Positions 23,946 through 38,355 of a DNA stretch of 63,549 bases are shown in pieces. Made by a program: the position numbers and the translations under genes. This DNA is from Rhynchobatus australiae (lineage: Eukaryota), in NCBI GenBank assembly GCA_034780895.1, contig JAUZTB010000057.1, positions 25,630,249 to 25,693,797 on the forward strand, in the 5' to 3' direction. The notes under the pieces were generated by a model. That model searched no databases and was not told the DNA's origin. It was given only the letters and a program-made list of their open reading frames with translations. Position 1 is the first letter of the stretch; each line of letters starts with the position of its first letter.

Positions 23946-24829
23946 AGGGAATGTAATGTAAAAAATATACCTTGACAAAATGGGTATTTTCATAATAATT
24001 CATTAACAGTGAACATACATATAAATCATTTCACATCAGCAACAGAAGAGTCAACCAATTGAAAAAAAGCTAGAAATAAAAATGTTTGAAGCTGATAGCA
24101 ACTATACTATCAAAACCAACTCCCTTAGAACAAAATCTATTAAAAGGTGAAAATGAATAACAGGAGCAGCCCGACACAGCAGCTATTCGCTCAACACAGC
24201 AAGATTCCTCGTGGGAAGGAAGAGGAGGAGGAATGTTAAACAGAGTTCAGCTGGTGCCCAGAGGAAAACAGGATAAAAGGGAGGCAAATAAAGCAGGGGC
24301 ATTCTGGTGTCTAGAGGGAACAGGTGCTCTTGCTGAGGGCAATCTTTAAGGACTGCTGAAATGGTAAAAATTGTGGCAAAATAAGACATTATTGTGTCCT
24401 TCTGTCATCTCAAGAGAATTCTGTGGACTCCTGTGCAGAATGTAAAATCATGTGAGCAAAGATTTCAGCCGTCAGTGAAAGCAGCAATGTCACCAAATTG
24501 TCCTACAATTAATTTAAATAACTTCAACCAACAGGATGATTTTATTTCAGTAAAGTGCAGATGGAGGTGATGTACAATTAAGGACAAGGGTTGAGCAGAA
24601 CTCGCACAGAGATTTGTGATTGACAAGTGTCATTTTCCCATATAGGTTTATGCCCACAACCATTCTTAATATGAGTTCTGTGTTTTCCACACATCTGATA
24701 TCTACTTTTGGTCCACAAACATTAGCAGAATAGTTTGGTTTGTTTCCTGTAATGATAATATGTAATTAAAACAACTCAAGAGTTGACCCAAAATCATCTG
24801 CTAACCATATATCAGTTCCATCAACAAGA

Positions 24830-25325
24830 CATTTTACCTTCATTGCATTGCCATCTCTGTCATTGCCTCACACTCTCATCCTAGGTCTCTGTGCCCGACT
24901 ATTTCCATTCTCCATAAACTTGAGGTAGTCCAATACTCTGCTGTCCATAACCTAGACAACACCACATCTTGTTTATCCTTCACTCCAACCAATTTTATTA
25001 CTTTCTATCTGGCTCTTTCAAGTTGCCTTCCCTGTTTTTAGATCCTTTTATTACCTTGCTCCTTACCTCTGTAACTATCACTAACCTTACAGCTCTTCAA
25101 GGTATCTGTGTTCTTCCAATTTTGGCTTGAGCTACAAGACCTTAAGCTCTGAAATTCCACCCCTACGCCTCTCTCTGAGCTCTTTCTCCTTTAAGAAACT
25201 CCAAAAATCCTTCCTCTTTGACAAGCCTTTACTCACCAGTTCCAATATCTGATGTGGCTGAGTGACTATTTTTTTTGATAATGTTTCTATAAATTACTTT
25301 GTTCAAATGCAAGTTATTGTGTGCT
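24830..25325 (+). mobile_element. L2-clade LINE 3' fragment
   Basis: ccttacctctgtaac...ccttaagctctgaaattcc...ctcctttaagaaactcc...ctctttgacaagccttt...aaatgcaagtt. Confidence 0.55.
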
Positions 25326-27014
25326 ACTGCTGTGAATGTCATGCAATCAATGGAAAAACACTAAATGATATTAGTTTCCCAGTTTCAGAACACCTGCTCC
25401 TGTCTAGGCACAGCACCATGTTGTAGCAGAGCTCTCCCACCGCAGGATGTGGTCCCTCTCAGTAACTTCATTTTCCACTATCAGAACTAATCTCCGGTTG
25501 TTATCAAGTTATCCAAGAGCTTCTGGTGAATAAGCCCATGATTAGCAGCACATGATCGGTATCATTACTTGGAATTCTAGCATTACTCAAAGAAGCGTAA
25601 ATGCAGAATGGAATAAACCATCAATTGCATGAACAGGGCCTGAGAAATCTGGTTTGCTCAGATATGTTCATCAAGGTCCTTCTAACCAGTAGGGTCGAGT
25701 TTGACAAGTGAATTAGTGTGTTGTAACTGAACCTCCAGCAGAACTCTGATATAGATGACCAAATAAACCAAATTGAAAAATGGAGGATAGAAAGAAAACA
25801 CGGAAGGAAACTGGAAGGGCAATAAAGTTGTGGGACTGCAGCTCTAAATTCCAAGGTTTCAGCACAAAGTTACATCAGTTACTTTCTTTAAAAAAAAATT
25901 GAAATGTGCCTTTCAAATCTTGTAACACACAGTGCACTTTAGCAGCAATTATTCATCACCAAACATAATAATTGTCTTTTCTTTAATCGAGGACCTTGCA
26001 GAGTAGTCCACTTTTTCTATAAGCAATCTCTTTTCATTATGAGGCAAAATACAGGGGGCTGGGAGGCGAGGAGGAATAAAGAGAATCTATGTTGTGTTCG
26101 CTAAATCGTGTGAAACCACTGACTGGGGGACTGGGAATGGAAGGGTGAAGCACACTAATTTGTCTGTTTACGTGTGGTATGCTTGTATCTCAATTTACCT
26201 TGCAACTAAAATAACAGGCAGAATTAATTCTCTTCTATTTTTGGCATTTCATGCGAAGCTAAATACATTACTGACAACCCAAGAGAGATCAGTAGATTTA
26301 TTATGTTAGAGATGGCAAGGTCAGACTCCGTCCATGCAGTGTTTCCCTCATCACTGTGCCCCCCCGTCCCAACACCCCCATCCCCAACACACCTCAACAG
26401 ACCCTTCTTATAAACACCTGTGCTGTTTTAATAATAAGGTACAAGGAGACTTTGAGAACTAGCATGGCCTCCTCATACAATGATTATGTTCTATCACTGA
26501 TCTCTGTTATATGGTAGAAATTGACATAATTCAAGGATCAGAATTCGTGGGTATTTGGAATGGACACAAACAGATGAGAGTTCTATACTTGTCTNNNNNN
26601 NNNNNNNNNNNNNNNNNNNNNNNNNNNNNNNNNNNNNNNNNNNNNNNNNNNNNNNNNNNNNNNNNNNNNNNNNNNNNNNNNNNNNNNNNNNNNNTGTCTT
26701 CTATATGTTTGCCTGGATTCCACTATACAAAATGTACTACTTCCTGTGCAGATTGACTGACTACATTCTCACCAGAGCCAAAAAGATCTGGGAAAACTCA
26801 GATCTCAGGATTGCAACTAATGCATGGTCTACCTTACAGTTTTTAAATCATACACACAGTGCAAAACAGAATGAAACAGTGAAACATTCTCTCACTCTGT
26901 TCCCAAATTTCAATCAGAAAAGTGACTAATGCATCCTCTGCAGTTCAGCATTGAATTTCAGGTACACCATGACACTGCACAAGTACAGCTTATTCACATC
27001 ATATCTAAAACAAT

Positions 27015-27895
27015 GTTTGATAGTGAGGAGGGTGTTCTTAGGCTACAGAATGATATTGATTGGCTGGTAACTTGGGCAGGGAATTAGAAGATGGAATTCA
27101 ATCCTGATAAGTGCAAGGAGTGCTTTGGGGGTCGAATAAGGACAGGGTATATATCGTGAATGGCAGGCTCTCAGGAATATCAAGGAAACAAGGGACCTTG
27201 GAGTACTACGAGACTTTAGTGTACAAGTCCAAAGAAAGTGGCAGCACAGGTAGAAAGGGTGGCGAATAAGGCATACTGGATGCTTGCCCTCATTAGCTGG
27301 GCAAAGAGTATAAGAGCTAGGAGGTCTTGGTACAACTTCACAAAACATTAGTTAGGCCACACCTAGAAAATTATATGCAAGTCTGGTCGACACACAATAG
27401 GAAAGATGTGATTGCACTGGAGATTCACCAGGACGTTGCCTGGGCTGGGATATTTCAGTTATGAGGAGACACTGGATAGGCTGGGTTTGTTTTCCTTGGA
27501 GCAGAGGAGGCTGGGGNNNNNNNNNNNNNNNNNNNNNNNNNNNNNNNNNNNNNNNNNNNNNNNNNNNNNNNNNNNNNNNNNNNNNNNNNNNNNNNNNNNN
27601 NNNNNNNNNNNNNNNNNNNNNNNNNNNNNNNNNNNNNNNNNNNNNNNNNNNNNNNNNNNNNNNNNNNNNNNNNNAAGGAAGAATTTTTTCCACCCAGAGG
27701 GTAGTGACAATCTGGAATGCACTGCCTGGAGAAGGTGGCAGAAGCAGGTTCTCTCATAAGATTTAAAAAACATCTGGACAACCACTTGAATTACCAAGGC
27801 ATAGGAGGTTATAGATCAAGTCCTGGTAAATTGGATTAGTAATAACTATGTACTTAATGGTTGGCATGGACATCATCAGTCTATTGCTGTGTTAT
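27015..27895 (+). mobile_element. CR1-clade (HER1-like) LINE, RT C-terminus to 3' UTR, with an internal gap
   Basis: Degenerate motifs W.MEFNPDKC, RDLGV, YEETLDRLGLFSLEQRRL and FF.QRVV.IWNALP, with several frameshifts. Confidence 0.85.
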
Positions 27896-28299
27896 GACTT
27901 TAATGTAAAAAATGCATCCATTTGACTCTTATAATATGATACAAGTCAAATTTCTTACCAAGTATACACTTGGTTATATGTCTAATCCAAGTTTCCCAGG
28001 AATGTTAAAATAGTGCTGTACAAGAGATATATAAGCTTAGAAATTGGATTAAAAATGCACGGGTTTTATGCACAAATGCATATTTCTATTACTGTTATAA
28101 CTGCTAAGAAGATTTGAAACAGAATTTCAAATGAATGCAAATGCAAAGCAAAAAGCTGCCTGCAATTTCATACTAATCACTTTGTTTCAGAGATGGCACC
28201 TGTATGAGCATATCATACTGGTGGGAGTGGGTTCGTTCTGAGGTTGAAATTTAATGAATGGGAAATATAATGGATCTAATTTGACTTCCATCTGACACA

Positions 28300-28565
28300 A
28301 TTTTCAGCATTATCATTGTCGAGTCAGTCCCAAGGCACCTACCTTTATGCACTCTGTCAACTGAAGGCCAGTCCAGTCCTTGATATTGGTTTCCCAGTTC
28401 CTTTTAACCACATCTTTTGTGCTCCCTCCCTCTACTTTGCCTTATACTGCAGTGTGGACAAGGCTGACCAGCCTTCTAACGATATGTCAAAACCATGCAA
28501 CTTCCTTGGTCACAGAACTTCCAACAGGGCTTCATAGATTCCAATTTCTTGAATAATTTGCAGCT
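28300..28565 (-). mobile_element. RTE-clade LINE C-terminal fragment
   Basis: The reverse complement of ~28366-28405 encodes KRNWETNIKDWTGL, a typical RTE/RTE-X ORF C-terminal motif. Confidence 0.6.
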
Positions 28566-29304
28566 TGACAGATTTGTTAGTNNNNNNNNNNNNNNNNNNN
28601 NNNNNNNNNNNNNNNNNNNNNNNNNNNNNNNNNNNNNNNNNNNNNNNNNNNNNNNNNNNNNNNNNNNNNNNNNNNNNNNNNNNNNNNNNNNNNNNNNNNN
28701 NNNNNNNNNNNNNNNNNNNNNNNNNNNNNNNNNNNNNNNNNNNNNNNNNNNNNNNNNNNNNNNNNNNNNNNNNNNNNNNNNNNNNNNNNNNNNNNNNNNN
28801 NNNNNNNNNNNNNNNNNNNNNNNNNNNNNNNNNNNNNNNNNNNNNNNNNNNNNNNNNNNNNNNNNNNNNNNNNNNNNNNNTCAATCCCAATTACCAGAGG
28901 TGATCTTAAACTTCATCATTATTTTGCCTTTATTAGTATTTACTTCCATCCCACAGCTCTGAATTTGTCTAACATTTCTGTAATCTCTTTAGTCCGACCA
29001 TCAGATTTATACGACTATCTACTTCCTAAGGGTGCCTTAACTGTGAAATGCTTTTGAGGCATCTTACCTGATATACTCAAGGAAAAGTTTGAAAAGGCAC
29101 AGTGGGAGCAAGCAACCTTGGCACTTAACTACTGAAGTCATAAACCATTCAACAATGTTGCTGTCAATCAGCACTCCATTACTCTACTTCTTCTATTAGT
29201 GTTAAGCAGATTTACTGATGTGCTTCTTTGTCATGAGCTGCGATGGTTTGTGCCACACCCCAGCAGTAACATTTTTAAAGTTTATGAAGTTGTGATGAAC
29301 TATT

Positions 29305-29445
29305 TTCTGATCAGAGTCCTGATGCAGGGTCTTGACCTGAAATGTCAACCTGCCCTCTGCTTCCATACACGCTGCCTGATCCACCCAGTTCCTCCAGCAG
29401 CTTCTCTTTTTTGCTCCAGATTACAGCATCTGCCGTCTCCACTGT
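29305..29445 (+). repeat. Penelope-associated repeat with degenerate hammerhead-like core
   Basis: cctgatgcagggtcttgacctgaaatgtc...gctgcctgatccacccagttcctccagcag...gctccagattacagcatctgc. Confidence 0.6.
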
Positions 29446-31457
29446 ACTTTTCATGCTGTATTTTCTGACTGCCAACCAAACTTAAATATTACTCAATGAT
29501 TCACATCAAAATTACAAAAATTCTTATCTCCATCATAAACCTGAAAACGGCATCATTTATTCAGATCGTAACCATCTTAATTTCATTAAAAATAAATCAA
29601 CAATAACTGAACTGAATATTTAACTTTCAAAACAAGAGGCCTGTTTTGACATTCCACGTGATATTCATCATAAGTCTTTTACTTTAATGATGCAAATGAT
29701 TGAACAAGTTTAGAATCTCAATTGACCAGAGCCAAGTAGATTAGACTTTCATCTAGCTTGATATTCAAACATAACCAGTGTTGCACGAGCTGTGCGCTGC
29801 TGGAAGGATCAACTTATGAAAATTGGCTACGATCCTAACAGCCAATCATAATGACAATGAAGATCCCATGGTACTAACCAGATGTTTCAGACAATATGCC
29901 TCAAGTAACAAAAAGAATATTGCACATACCTGGTTCCAAAGTAACATCAACAGAAATTACATAGGAAATTTATGGTAATCAATGCTAGGAACATTTATGT
30001 TAGATAAAGACCATTTCAAAGCAACTTGGGACTTGTGCATTTAAACAAGCATGAAAATTAGAAGATTGCAAATAACAGTAGTTCCTAACAAGAAGCTTTG
30101 TTCCACTACATGATACAGGGGAATATTTGGGTCCATCATCCTTTGCTCATTTTTGATCCTTAATAGTAATGCATGCTGTGCAGCATTGCAATAAATACAC
30201 CCAATCATTCAATTATGGGTAAAATAATAGTCATAACACAGGTTACTTGTTATCACGGTGATGGAAATGTCATTACATCTATGTATTACATAGTCCCAGT
30301 ACACTGGACAAAAGATTGCAGATACTACATATAAACAAAAACAGACCACTTCATAATTGGTATATGCTAGCCTGAGAATAGCATATCCATGATACATTCC
30401 ATTAATGAGTATTCCAATATTATGTATAGTTAATTAATATGCAGCTTACATTTGACAATAGTGCAGTTTGAAACAGATAATAGTATTATCCCACTAAGTC
30501 AATGAGGCATTTTCGTAACAGAAGCATTAGGACATGTTTAACTCTCCCTCTAATTGTTTCATGTTTCCTATCTATAAATCATTTCACTTGTTCCAGGACT
30601 GCAGTATATTCTTTCAGTAAGTCATTTAATATGCTTGCCTGATATTGAGCACCGGTCATGCAGCCTCTTCCTTTGACTAAGTATTGGGAACATCAAAGCA
30701 ACACTCATCAGTCTCCAATACAAAGACCATTACCTTGCCACCGATTCCATTCTTTCCCTGGTTAGTGTTCAAGGTCAAACTTGATGGTTTACAGCTTTGG
30801 TGACATAGTTAACCAAAATATGAGTTTCCAAATAAATATCCACATCAACAGAAAGAAAACCTATTTCTATCTAGTGTTTATTTTAAATCTAGAGTATGCA
30901 ACAGCTTTTCACAAAGACATAAAATAGTGCACCAACAACAAATGTCACTTGTGACATTAAAGAGTGTGCAGGCTTGGGATCTCAATTAAGGATTGAGAAC
31001 ACTTTACTTTGAAGGGAGAAAACCACGTTCGGGGTAAGGGGTTAGTTTGGTAATGAGGTAAAATCTAAGTATTTTTTATGCAATTCAGGAACGGTAATCA
31101 GAATTCCAGTCCTTCTTTCCCAGGTCCAAATTTTGCCTTGTTCCTTGCAATATCTTTAAAAATTATGTGCATATATAATCATATGATATAATGGGACAGT
31201 GAATTTGGAGAGAAAGTGCCTGAAGGCACCAGGAATGACAATATATTAAAATATAACAATGTAGATCATGCAATGTCATCATTGAGCTTTTAGATAAATA
31301 CCCAGAGGCCTGAACCAACAATCCAGAGAATTAAAATCCCACTTGACTGAGAGTTCAAACTTAAGTTTTTTTTAAATAATAAAACACTAGTCATTGAGTT
31401 TTAAGATAATGGGCAGAGGCTTCATAAACCTTATATTCCTTTGAGTTCAGAAGTTTG

Positions 31458-32642
31458 AGCAAGGTGTTTGACAAGGTGCCGCATGTGAGGCTGCTAAACA
31501 AAATAGGAGCCCATAGTATCACAGTAAAGGTACTAGTATGGATAGAAGATTGGTTGACTGGCAGAAGGTAAAGAGTGGAACTAAAGGGGGCCTTTTCTGG
31601 TTGGCTATTTTAGGGTTAGGGTTAATAGTGTTCCTCAGGGATCAGTGTTGGGTCCGCTGCTTTTCATTTTATGTGTTAATGATCTGGATGTCAGAATTAG
31701 CGTCATAGAGAAGGCTTTGTGGCCAAATTTACCAATGGTACAAAGATAAGTGGACAAGACGGTAGTGTTGAGGAAGCAGGGAGTCTGCAGAAGGACTTGT
31801 GCAGGTTGGGAGAATGAGTAAAGAAGTGGCAGATGGAATACAGCATAGGAAAGTGTATTGTCATGTACTTTGGTAGAAGGAATAAAGGCATAGACAATTT
31901 TATAAACAGGGAGTGAATTCAGAAATCGCAAGTGCAAAGGGACTTGGGAGTCCTAGTGCAGGATTCCCCAAAATTAATTTGCAGGTTGAGTCAGTAGTAA
32001 GTAAGGCAAATGCAATGTTAGCATTCATTTCAAGAGGACTCAGCACATCCCTTCCTGATGAACTATGCGCATTTTGAACAGAAGTGGATTGTCCCCATCC
32101 NNNNNNNNNNNNNNNNNNNNNNNNNNNNNNNNNNNNNNNNNNNNNNNNNNNNNNNNNNNNNNNNNNNNNNNNNNNNNNNNNNNNNNNNNNNNNNNNNNNN
32201 NNNNNNNNNNNNNNNNNNNNNNNNNNNNNNNNNNNNNNNNNNNNNNNNNNNNNNNNNNNNNNNNNNNNNNNNNNNNNNNNNNNNNNNNNNNNNNNNNNNN
32301 NNNNNNNNNNNNNNNNNNNNNNNNNNNNNNNNNNNNNNNNNNNNNNNNNNNNNNNNNNNNNNNNNNNNNNNNNNNNNNNNNNNNNNNNNNNNNNNNNNNN
32401 NNNNNNNNNNNNNNNNNNNNNNNNNNNNNNNNNNNNNNNNNNNNNNNNNNNNNNNNNNNNNNNNNNNNNNNNNNNNNNNNNNNNNNNNNNNNNNNNNNNN
32501 NNNNNNNNNNNNNNNNNNNNNNNNNNNNNNNNNNNNNATGGGGAGAAGGCAGGAGAATGGGGTTGGGATGGAAAAATAAATCAGCCATGATTGAATGGCA
32601 GAGAAGACTCAATGGCCTAATTCTGTTCCTATGTCTTATGGT
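31458..32642 (+). mobile_element. CR1-clade LINE RT domain and 3' tail, interrupted by a gap
   Basis: Motifs KVFDKVPH.RLL, VPQGSVLGPLLF...NDLD, LQKDL.RLGE, KKWQMEYS.GKC and RDLGVLV. After the gap comes the 3' tail ggagaatggggttg...tcagccatgattgaatggc...aatggcctaattctgttcctatgtcttatg. Confidence 0.88.
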
Positions 32643-35407
32643 TGAAAAGTCAAGATGATTCCTAGGAATGGTTTTCCTGGGTTTTCCTTGACTTTCAACC
32701 CAACCTAAATGTGATTTCAGTCCCACAATAATATGAATGGCTTTTAACCATTTTCCAAAATGTCACATCAAGTAAACCAAACCTCTCCACACCATATCAT
32801 TTTAACACAGACTTCCAACATCAGCAGTTGTTTTGACTTTCCATTAATCTCAATAACACCTTCTACCTCCTCCATTCAGCACTCTGTGCAGTTTTCTTGT
32901 ATCATTTTCCATGACTCCTTCTCATTCTCAATGTCTAGAAATGAGGTGATGGTACTGTTACCTGCACAGTGTCCAGGTAATGGAGATGTTGCTCCTGGAA
33001 CCACATGGTCTCAACCACCTCCCTCAGGCCTGGTGCAGATCATACCTGGAAACCTCCTTCCCATTGATTAGGAGCAGATATCCCATCCTTGCCCTTATCA
33101 CTTCAAACCAGAGACCATCAGAAAGAAGATGAGTTAGCCATTAAGATAGCCACCTGAAGCCTGGCTCCACCGATCAATAAGATCCAACCCTCCTCCCCTC
33201 TCCCTGTGGCCCTCACTTTCCTTCCTGATTAAGTTCAGTGCCTCCAGCAAGGCCTTAGAGAATTGTGGAATTGTTTCCTACCCATGAAACCGGAAATTAA
33301 TTCATTACTGCAGTTTTGGAGAAACCAATGCAATTACTACTTTGAGGGCTCCGGACCAGCATTAAGTGCCTTCAACGGCTACACTGGAAATTGTGCAGTA
33401 AAATTCAACAATGAAATACTCCTGATGAAAAATATTATGTACTGAGCTTGCTGCCCACCTTGCAGCAACTAAATGAGAATTAATATCTACCTAAGAACAC
33501 CAAAATCTGGAGTGTGTCATTCAAGGACAATGTGGTGTGGTGTTTATGGGACTGCATTAGCAAAGCAGAGCTCCAGAGTTCAAGTTTCACAACAGGAAAT
33601 GAATTGAGCAGTATCATAAATACCTAACAGCATCATATTTCATATATTTAAACCTACCATTCCAAACCAGTCTAGTTTATATGCAACTCTAGCCCACACA
33701 TAATATCTGAGCAAACAATTCAATTGCACTGTGATCTCTGCAAGGGTTGCAGATGCCAGAGAAAAGCCCATTATCATACTTAAACAAAAAGGAAAAAATA
33801 ATAAATGCAGCCTTTTCTTTTAACAGATCTGTTCCCCAAATAATGGCAATGTGTGGCTTTACAATACATCTGCTGAGAAACTCTAGTGTACCCCGCTGGT
33901 ACTCCTTTCCTAGGCTGGGCTCGATGGGAGGAGTTGCTGGCATACATTTTGGAAACGGGAGTTGACAAGAGACTGTCAGAATCAATTTTTTAGGAATCCA
34001 GGACTAGAGAAGTCTATGTTTAAGGTTGAGGAATCAGGGACTTGTGCATTTGTGGGGCTGGAAGCAAAATTGGGAAAGTGAAAAGGCCAGGTTGCCCTGG
34101 GAAGGCCAACAAAAGGAGTCAAGGGATAACATTCTCCAAATTCCTCTGCAATGCTTCCAAAAGGTTGCCTCGGAAATGCCATCATCCCATGTACCCCAGC
34201 ACAAAAATCAGGTAAGAGACATGTAGATGATTCACAACTGGAAGTACCCAAATGAATTTCCATAGTGGTTGTCATTATGCTTCACTCAGGAGGACAAAAG
34301 GGATCATCGATCCACAATCCTGAATATACAACATTTTACAGTTGAAATTCTGCACAATGATTTCTGAGAATTTCTTTTAGTCCATTAAGGCAGCAAACTA
34401 CTTTNNNNNNNNNNNNNNNNNNNNNNNNNNNACCTCCTCCAAATATGGTATTGGTACAAACATATCTCTGGCATACCTCAACCTGTAGAATTTAAATCGT
34501 GCTTAACAGGTGGTCTATATTTGAAGCTAAAACAAACAGGAGAAAAACATGGACTGTTTGCTGTTACATTTCCATTACTTTTACACCCAATGTCACTCTA
34601 TTCAAATTTAAAATGTCAGATTAATTCCAGCTTTTAACATGGATAATAGATTAACCACAATTGCCATGAACTGGATCTAATCACATCCTTTTCAAAGTCT
34701 AAAAAGTCAAAACCTCCAGAGACCATTTTTAATATTTAACATTATAATGGTAAGTAAAGAGCAGGAAACCATGTAGAAAGCCTAAAGTAAATTAGCTTTG
34801 TATTATGTGAGGTACAATTCATTGCCAATGCTCATTAATAATGGTTCTTTTCATGTAAAATTCTGTGTGAATAAAATGCTTTAGACAAACCCCACAAATG
34901 AAACTGGCAAGATTGAAGGAACATTCAAATAGGAGGGCATATAAATAATTATTGTAATCTATGCAGACAGTATCTCACCTTGTTGACCAACCTACCAGTG
35001 TGCAAATTTAATACATCTTCTAACATATCCTTGTAGCTTGCCAAATCACCTACTGTATGATTAAACAATGTCCTGCAAAATTATTCTTTTATAGACCCAA
35101 AATAAATCAGGTAGTTGAGTCCTGCAATGGAACTGTCATATTTTAAACTACTCTGAAATTTATTACAGGCAGACAGCATGCATTTGCCAGTGTTAGATTC
35201 CAGCCTCCACTGCAGTGTTTATTAGACTATATTCTCCTCTGGTGCATAAGCCACAAACAACACAACCAGTCCATAAGTTACATTAGCTCAACTGCACATT
35301 GTAGGAAATGTTCAGGTTCTTAACGAGAACTATGGCTTTTGCAGAAATACACTAAAACTCTAATAAGCTCTCATCTTTCTAATTTGGGAATGTTGAAAAT
35401 CAAAATA

Positions 35408-35545
35408 ACTGCAGATGTCGTAAATCTGAAACAGAAACAGAAAATGCTGGGAATACTCAGCAGATCAGGCTGCATCTGTGGGATGAGAAAGAATGCTAAA
35501 TGTTTCAGGTTGAGGGCCCCTCATCACAACTGGAAAGGAGTCAGT
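35408..35545 (-). repeat. Penelope-associated repeat with degenerate hammerhead-like core
   Basis: actgcagatg...aaatctgaaacagaaacagaaaatgctgggaatactcagcagatcaggctgcatctgtgg. The minus strand at ~35500-35530 reads gtgatgaggggccctcaacctgaaacatt. Confidence 0.6.
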
Positions 35546-36161
35546 GGGGGAGACCATGGGCTGAGCTGTAAACGAGGTTATCTGGTCAGTGAGGGGATTG
35601 GAGCAGTTTGAGAGCGAGAATGTATAGACAAAACAACAAAAGAGTTGGGGGTGTGTGGGGGGGGAATGCAGAGCAGGAAGATGTGTCAGCAGGCCAGGCC
35701 GGGCATGTCCTCCACTCTCAAAGGGTAAAAAGAAAATGGAAAGAAAACAATAAACAAGCTGAGCAAATATCACAGATATTTTTGTTTTCCCTCAGAGAAG
35801 TCACCATTTTGATCTTGCTTCTGTCTCTCTGTGCCACATCAAAATTAGATTTCAGTTCTGTGGGAATATTTCTCCCAATGATGTGCTAAAATTGTGTGGT
35901 ATACACATAGATAATATAGAGGTTGCTGCAGATTATAGCCAATAATAAGCAGCACAACCTGCGTATTTAAATTTAAGCCATGCAAGTGATGCATCACTAG
36001 CACATTGNNNNNNNNNNNNNNNNNNNNNNNNNNNNNNNNNNNNNNNNNNNNNNNNNNNNNNNNNNNNNNNNNNNNNNNNNNNNNNNNNNNNNNNNNNNNN
36101 NNNNNNNNNNNNNNNNNNNNNNNNNNNNNNNNNNNNNNNNNNNNNNNNNNNNNNNNNNNNN

Positions 36162-37030
36162 ACAGTTTTGTGGGCTGCAAGGTGGTAAATGAAGTCAATG
36201 GACTTTCCACAGATTAAGCAGGTGGTGGCCAACAGGGAGGCTGGGCAGATGCTTTGTGAGGTGGTCCTCCTGCTTGTGCAAGGTGCTCCCAATCCGTGTT
36301 TTCAAAGCTCTCCATACCTTCTGAACTCTCCTTCTCCACTTGGAGAGGTCATGGGGTTGAGGTTGCCAGAAGGCAGTCGGGATATTGCACTTCTTCAAGG
36401 AAACTTAGAGCATATCCTTGTATCTTTTTCTCTCCTCCCACAACAGACCTTGGAAAAGAATGTCTGTCTCAGAGTCTGGAGCCAGGCATGCTCATAACCA
36501 ACATGGCCAATGGAGAATCACTAGGGCCTCAATGCTGGGGATGTCAACCTGGGAGAGGGCACTGATGTTGGCCCATTTATCCTTCCACAGAATTAGAAGG
36601 ATTTTGCAGAGACGTGTTGCTGGTATTTTTCCAGTGACATGAGACCTTGTTATAGATGGTCCAGGTCTCAGAAACATACAGGCAGGCAAGGCCATGAGGT
36701 TTGTGCGAGATCTGAGCTCTTGATCTTTAAGTATCATTTTCTGCAATCTCCTAAAAGCACATTGACAGCATCGGTGAATTTCATTATTGATATCTGCCTT
36801 CACCCCAAGAGGTGACTCCTGAGTTATGGGAATCAGTCCATGTTTTCCAGGGTCTCACATGAACCTTTATTATCAGAGGGCAGCATGGTACAGTGGGGGC
36901 AGGTTGGTAGAGGACATTGGTCTTGTAGGTAAGTGCATGACCCATCTTCTTATATGCTTGGATGAATGAGTTGGCAGCATCTTGGTGCTCAGCCTCCAAG
37001 CACATGCAAATGTCATGGTAGGTTGACGTG
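36162..37030 (-). mobile_element. RTE (BovB-like) LINE ORF fragment, pseudogenised
   Basis: Frame pieces AYKKMG.AL..KTNVLYQP, ADINNEIHR...AFRRL, RLCKILLILWKDKWANISALSQVDIPSIEALV and KKCNIP..FW....DLSKWRR are typical of the RTE/BovB RT C-terminus. Many disablements are present. Confidence 0.8.
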
Positions 37031-38052
37031 CTTCTGGGATTACTGCCTAATCCATTCTGAGAGTAACTAACCAATAGAAGACTGACAGGATTTTTAAATC
37101 CATCTTCATTTTCGTGCCAGGTTCATCGACCTATATTTTATTAATAGTGAAATTGTGAGGTTACAAACTCTCCAAATGGTGAACACCAAAATACCCAAAT
37201 TCAACAGAAGATATTAGACCTCAGAGATTCAGAAAGTCTTGTAACATGGTAGACATCAGAACTTGAAACCAATAACCATTATGGATCAGGAGAAAGGGAA
37301 CAAGCACTTCACACTGGCTAATCAATAAGTAGCAGGCGGCAATAATCAAAAGGGGGTCGATGATCCTAAGAATTGATTAAGTGACAAATCCAAACTTATA
37401 ACTGGCAACAATTGTATTGAGTTTGGTCTTCCGAACTCAAATTCTGATTAAGGCATCACTCAGCCAGATATACAGCCCCTTGCACTCAGCGATCTAACAT
37501 TATTGATCTTCATGCCGACTGAAGAGTGTTGCAATTTATGCAAGCTCAACTAACACATTTCAGTAACAGCAACATCTNNNNNNNNNNNNNNNNNNNNNNN
37601 NNNNNNNAAGCTGTCTTTACCTTCATTAAATAGGTTGGGAAGGTTGAAAGTATATTTTGAAATAGCCAGTTTTGAAATTATTTTCATGCACCAACTCCAG
37701 TCACACCTTCCTCTCATAGTATGTTCCAGAGACAATTTTATTTTAAGTAGCAGAGCTACATTTTTTAATTTCTCTGAAAAGTAAAACGGTGCCCCATTGC
37801 TCTGGACTGGCTCTTAGATCAGCTCACAATGAAATATAACATTATATTCCACACAATGAAACATGGGAATGATTTTATGCCTTTGTGATACACTGGAACA
37901 TTTATTAAATGATTGACAAGTACCTGAAATATGGGTCGTCCAAAAATGCCACATCATGGACATTCATGGTGGGCAAATTCACACATTTTGAAAATTTAGA
38001 TACTTCATTTCTTTAATACAACACCTAATGTCTGTTTTCCAATTACTAATAA

Positions 38053-38355
38053 TGGCTGCACTGTGGCGCAGTTATTAGAGCCACTTCTGCACAGTTCTAG
38101 CAACCCAAACTTGACCCAGACCTAGGGTACTGTCTGTGTGGAATTTGCATGCTCTCTCTGTGACTGTGTGGGTTTACACCAGGTACTCTGGTTTTATCTC
38201 TCTCACCCCAAAGATGGGCTAATAGATTAATTGGTTATTGTGAATTACTGTTGGTGTGGGTGGGAGGCAGGAGAATTGGGGTGAGTTGAAGGCCATGTAA
38301 GAGAGTGGGTTACAGGGAAATGGGACTGGTGGAAATATTCGGAGAGCCTGCATAG
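38053..38355 (+). mobile_element. tRNA-derived V-SINE
   Basis: A-box-like gtggcgcagttattagagc, then core tgtctgtgtggaatttgcatgctctctctgtgactgtgtgggttt...gtactctggtttt. Confidence 0.75.

Noticed and set aside
38053-38130. tRNA-like sequence (also 46360-46440 and 51089-51160)
   Set aside because: These are SINE heads followed by the SINE core, with no intact cloverleaf.
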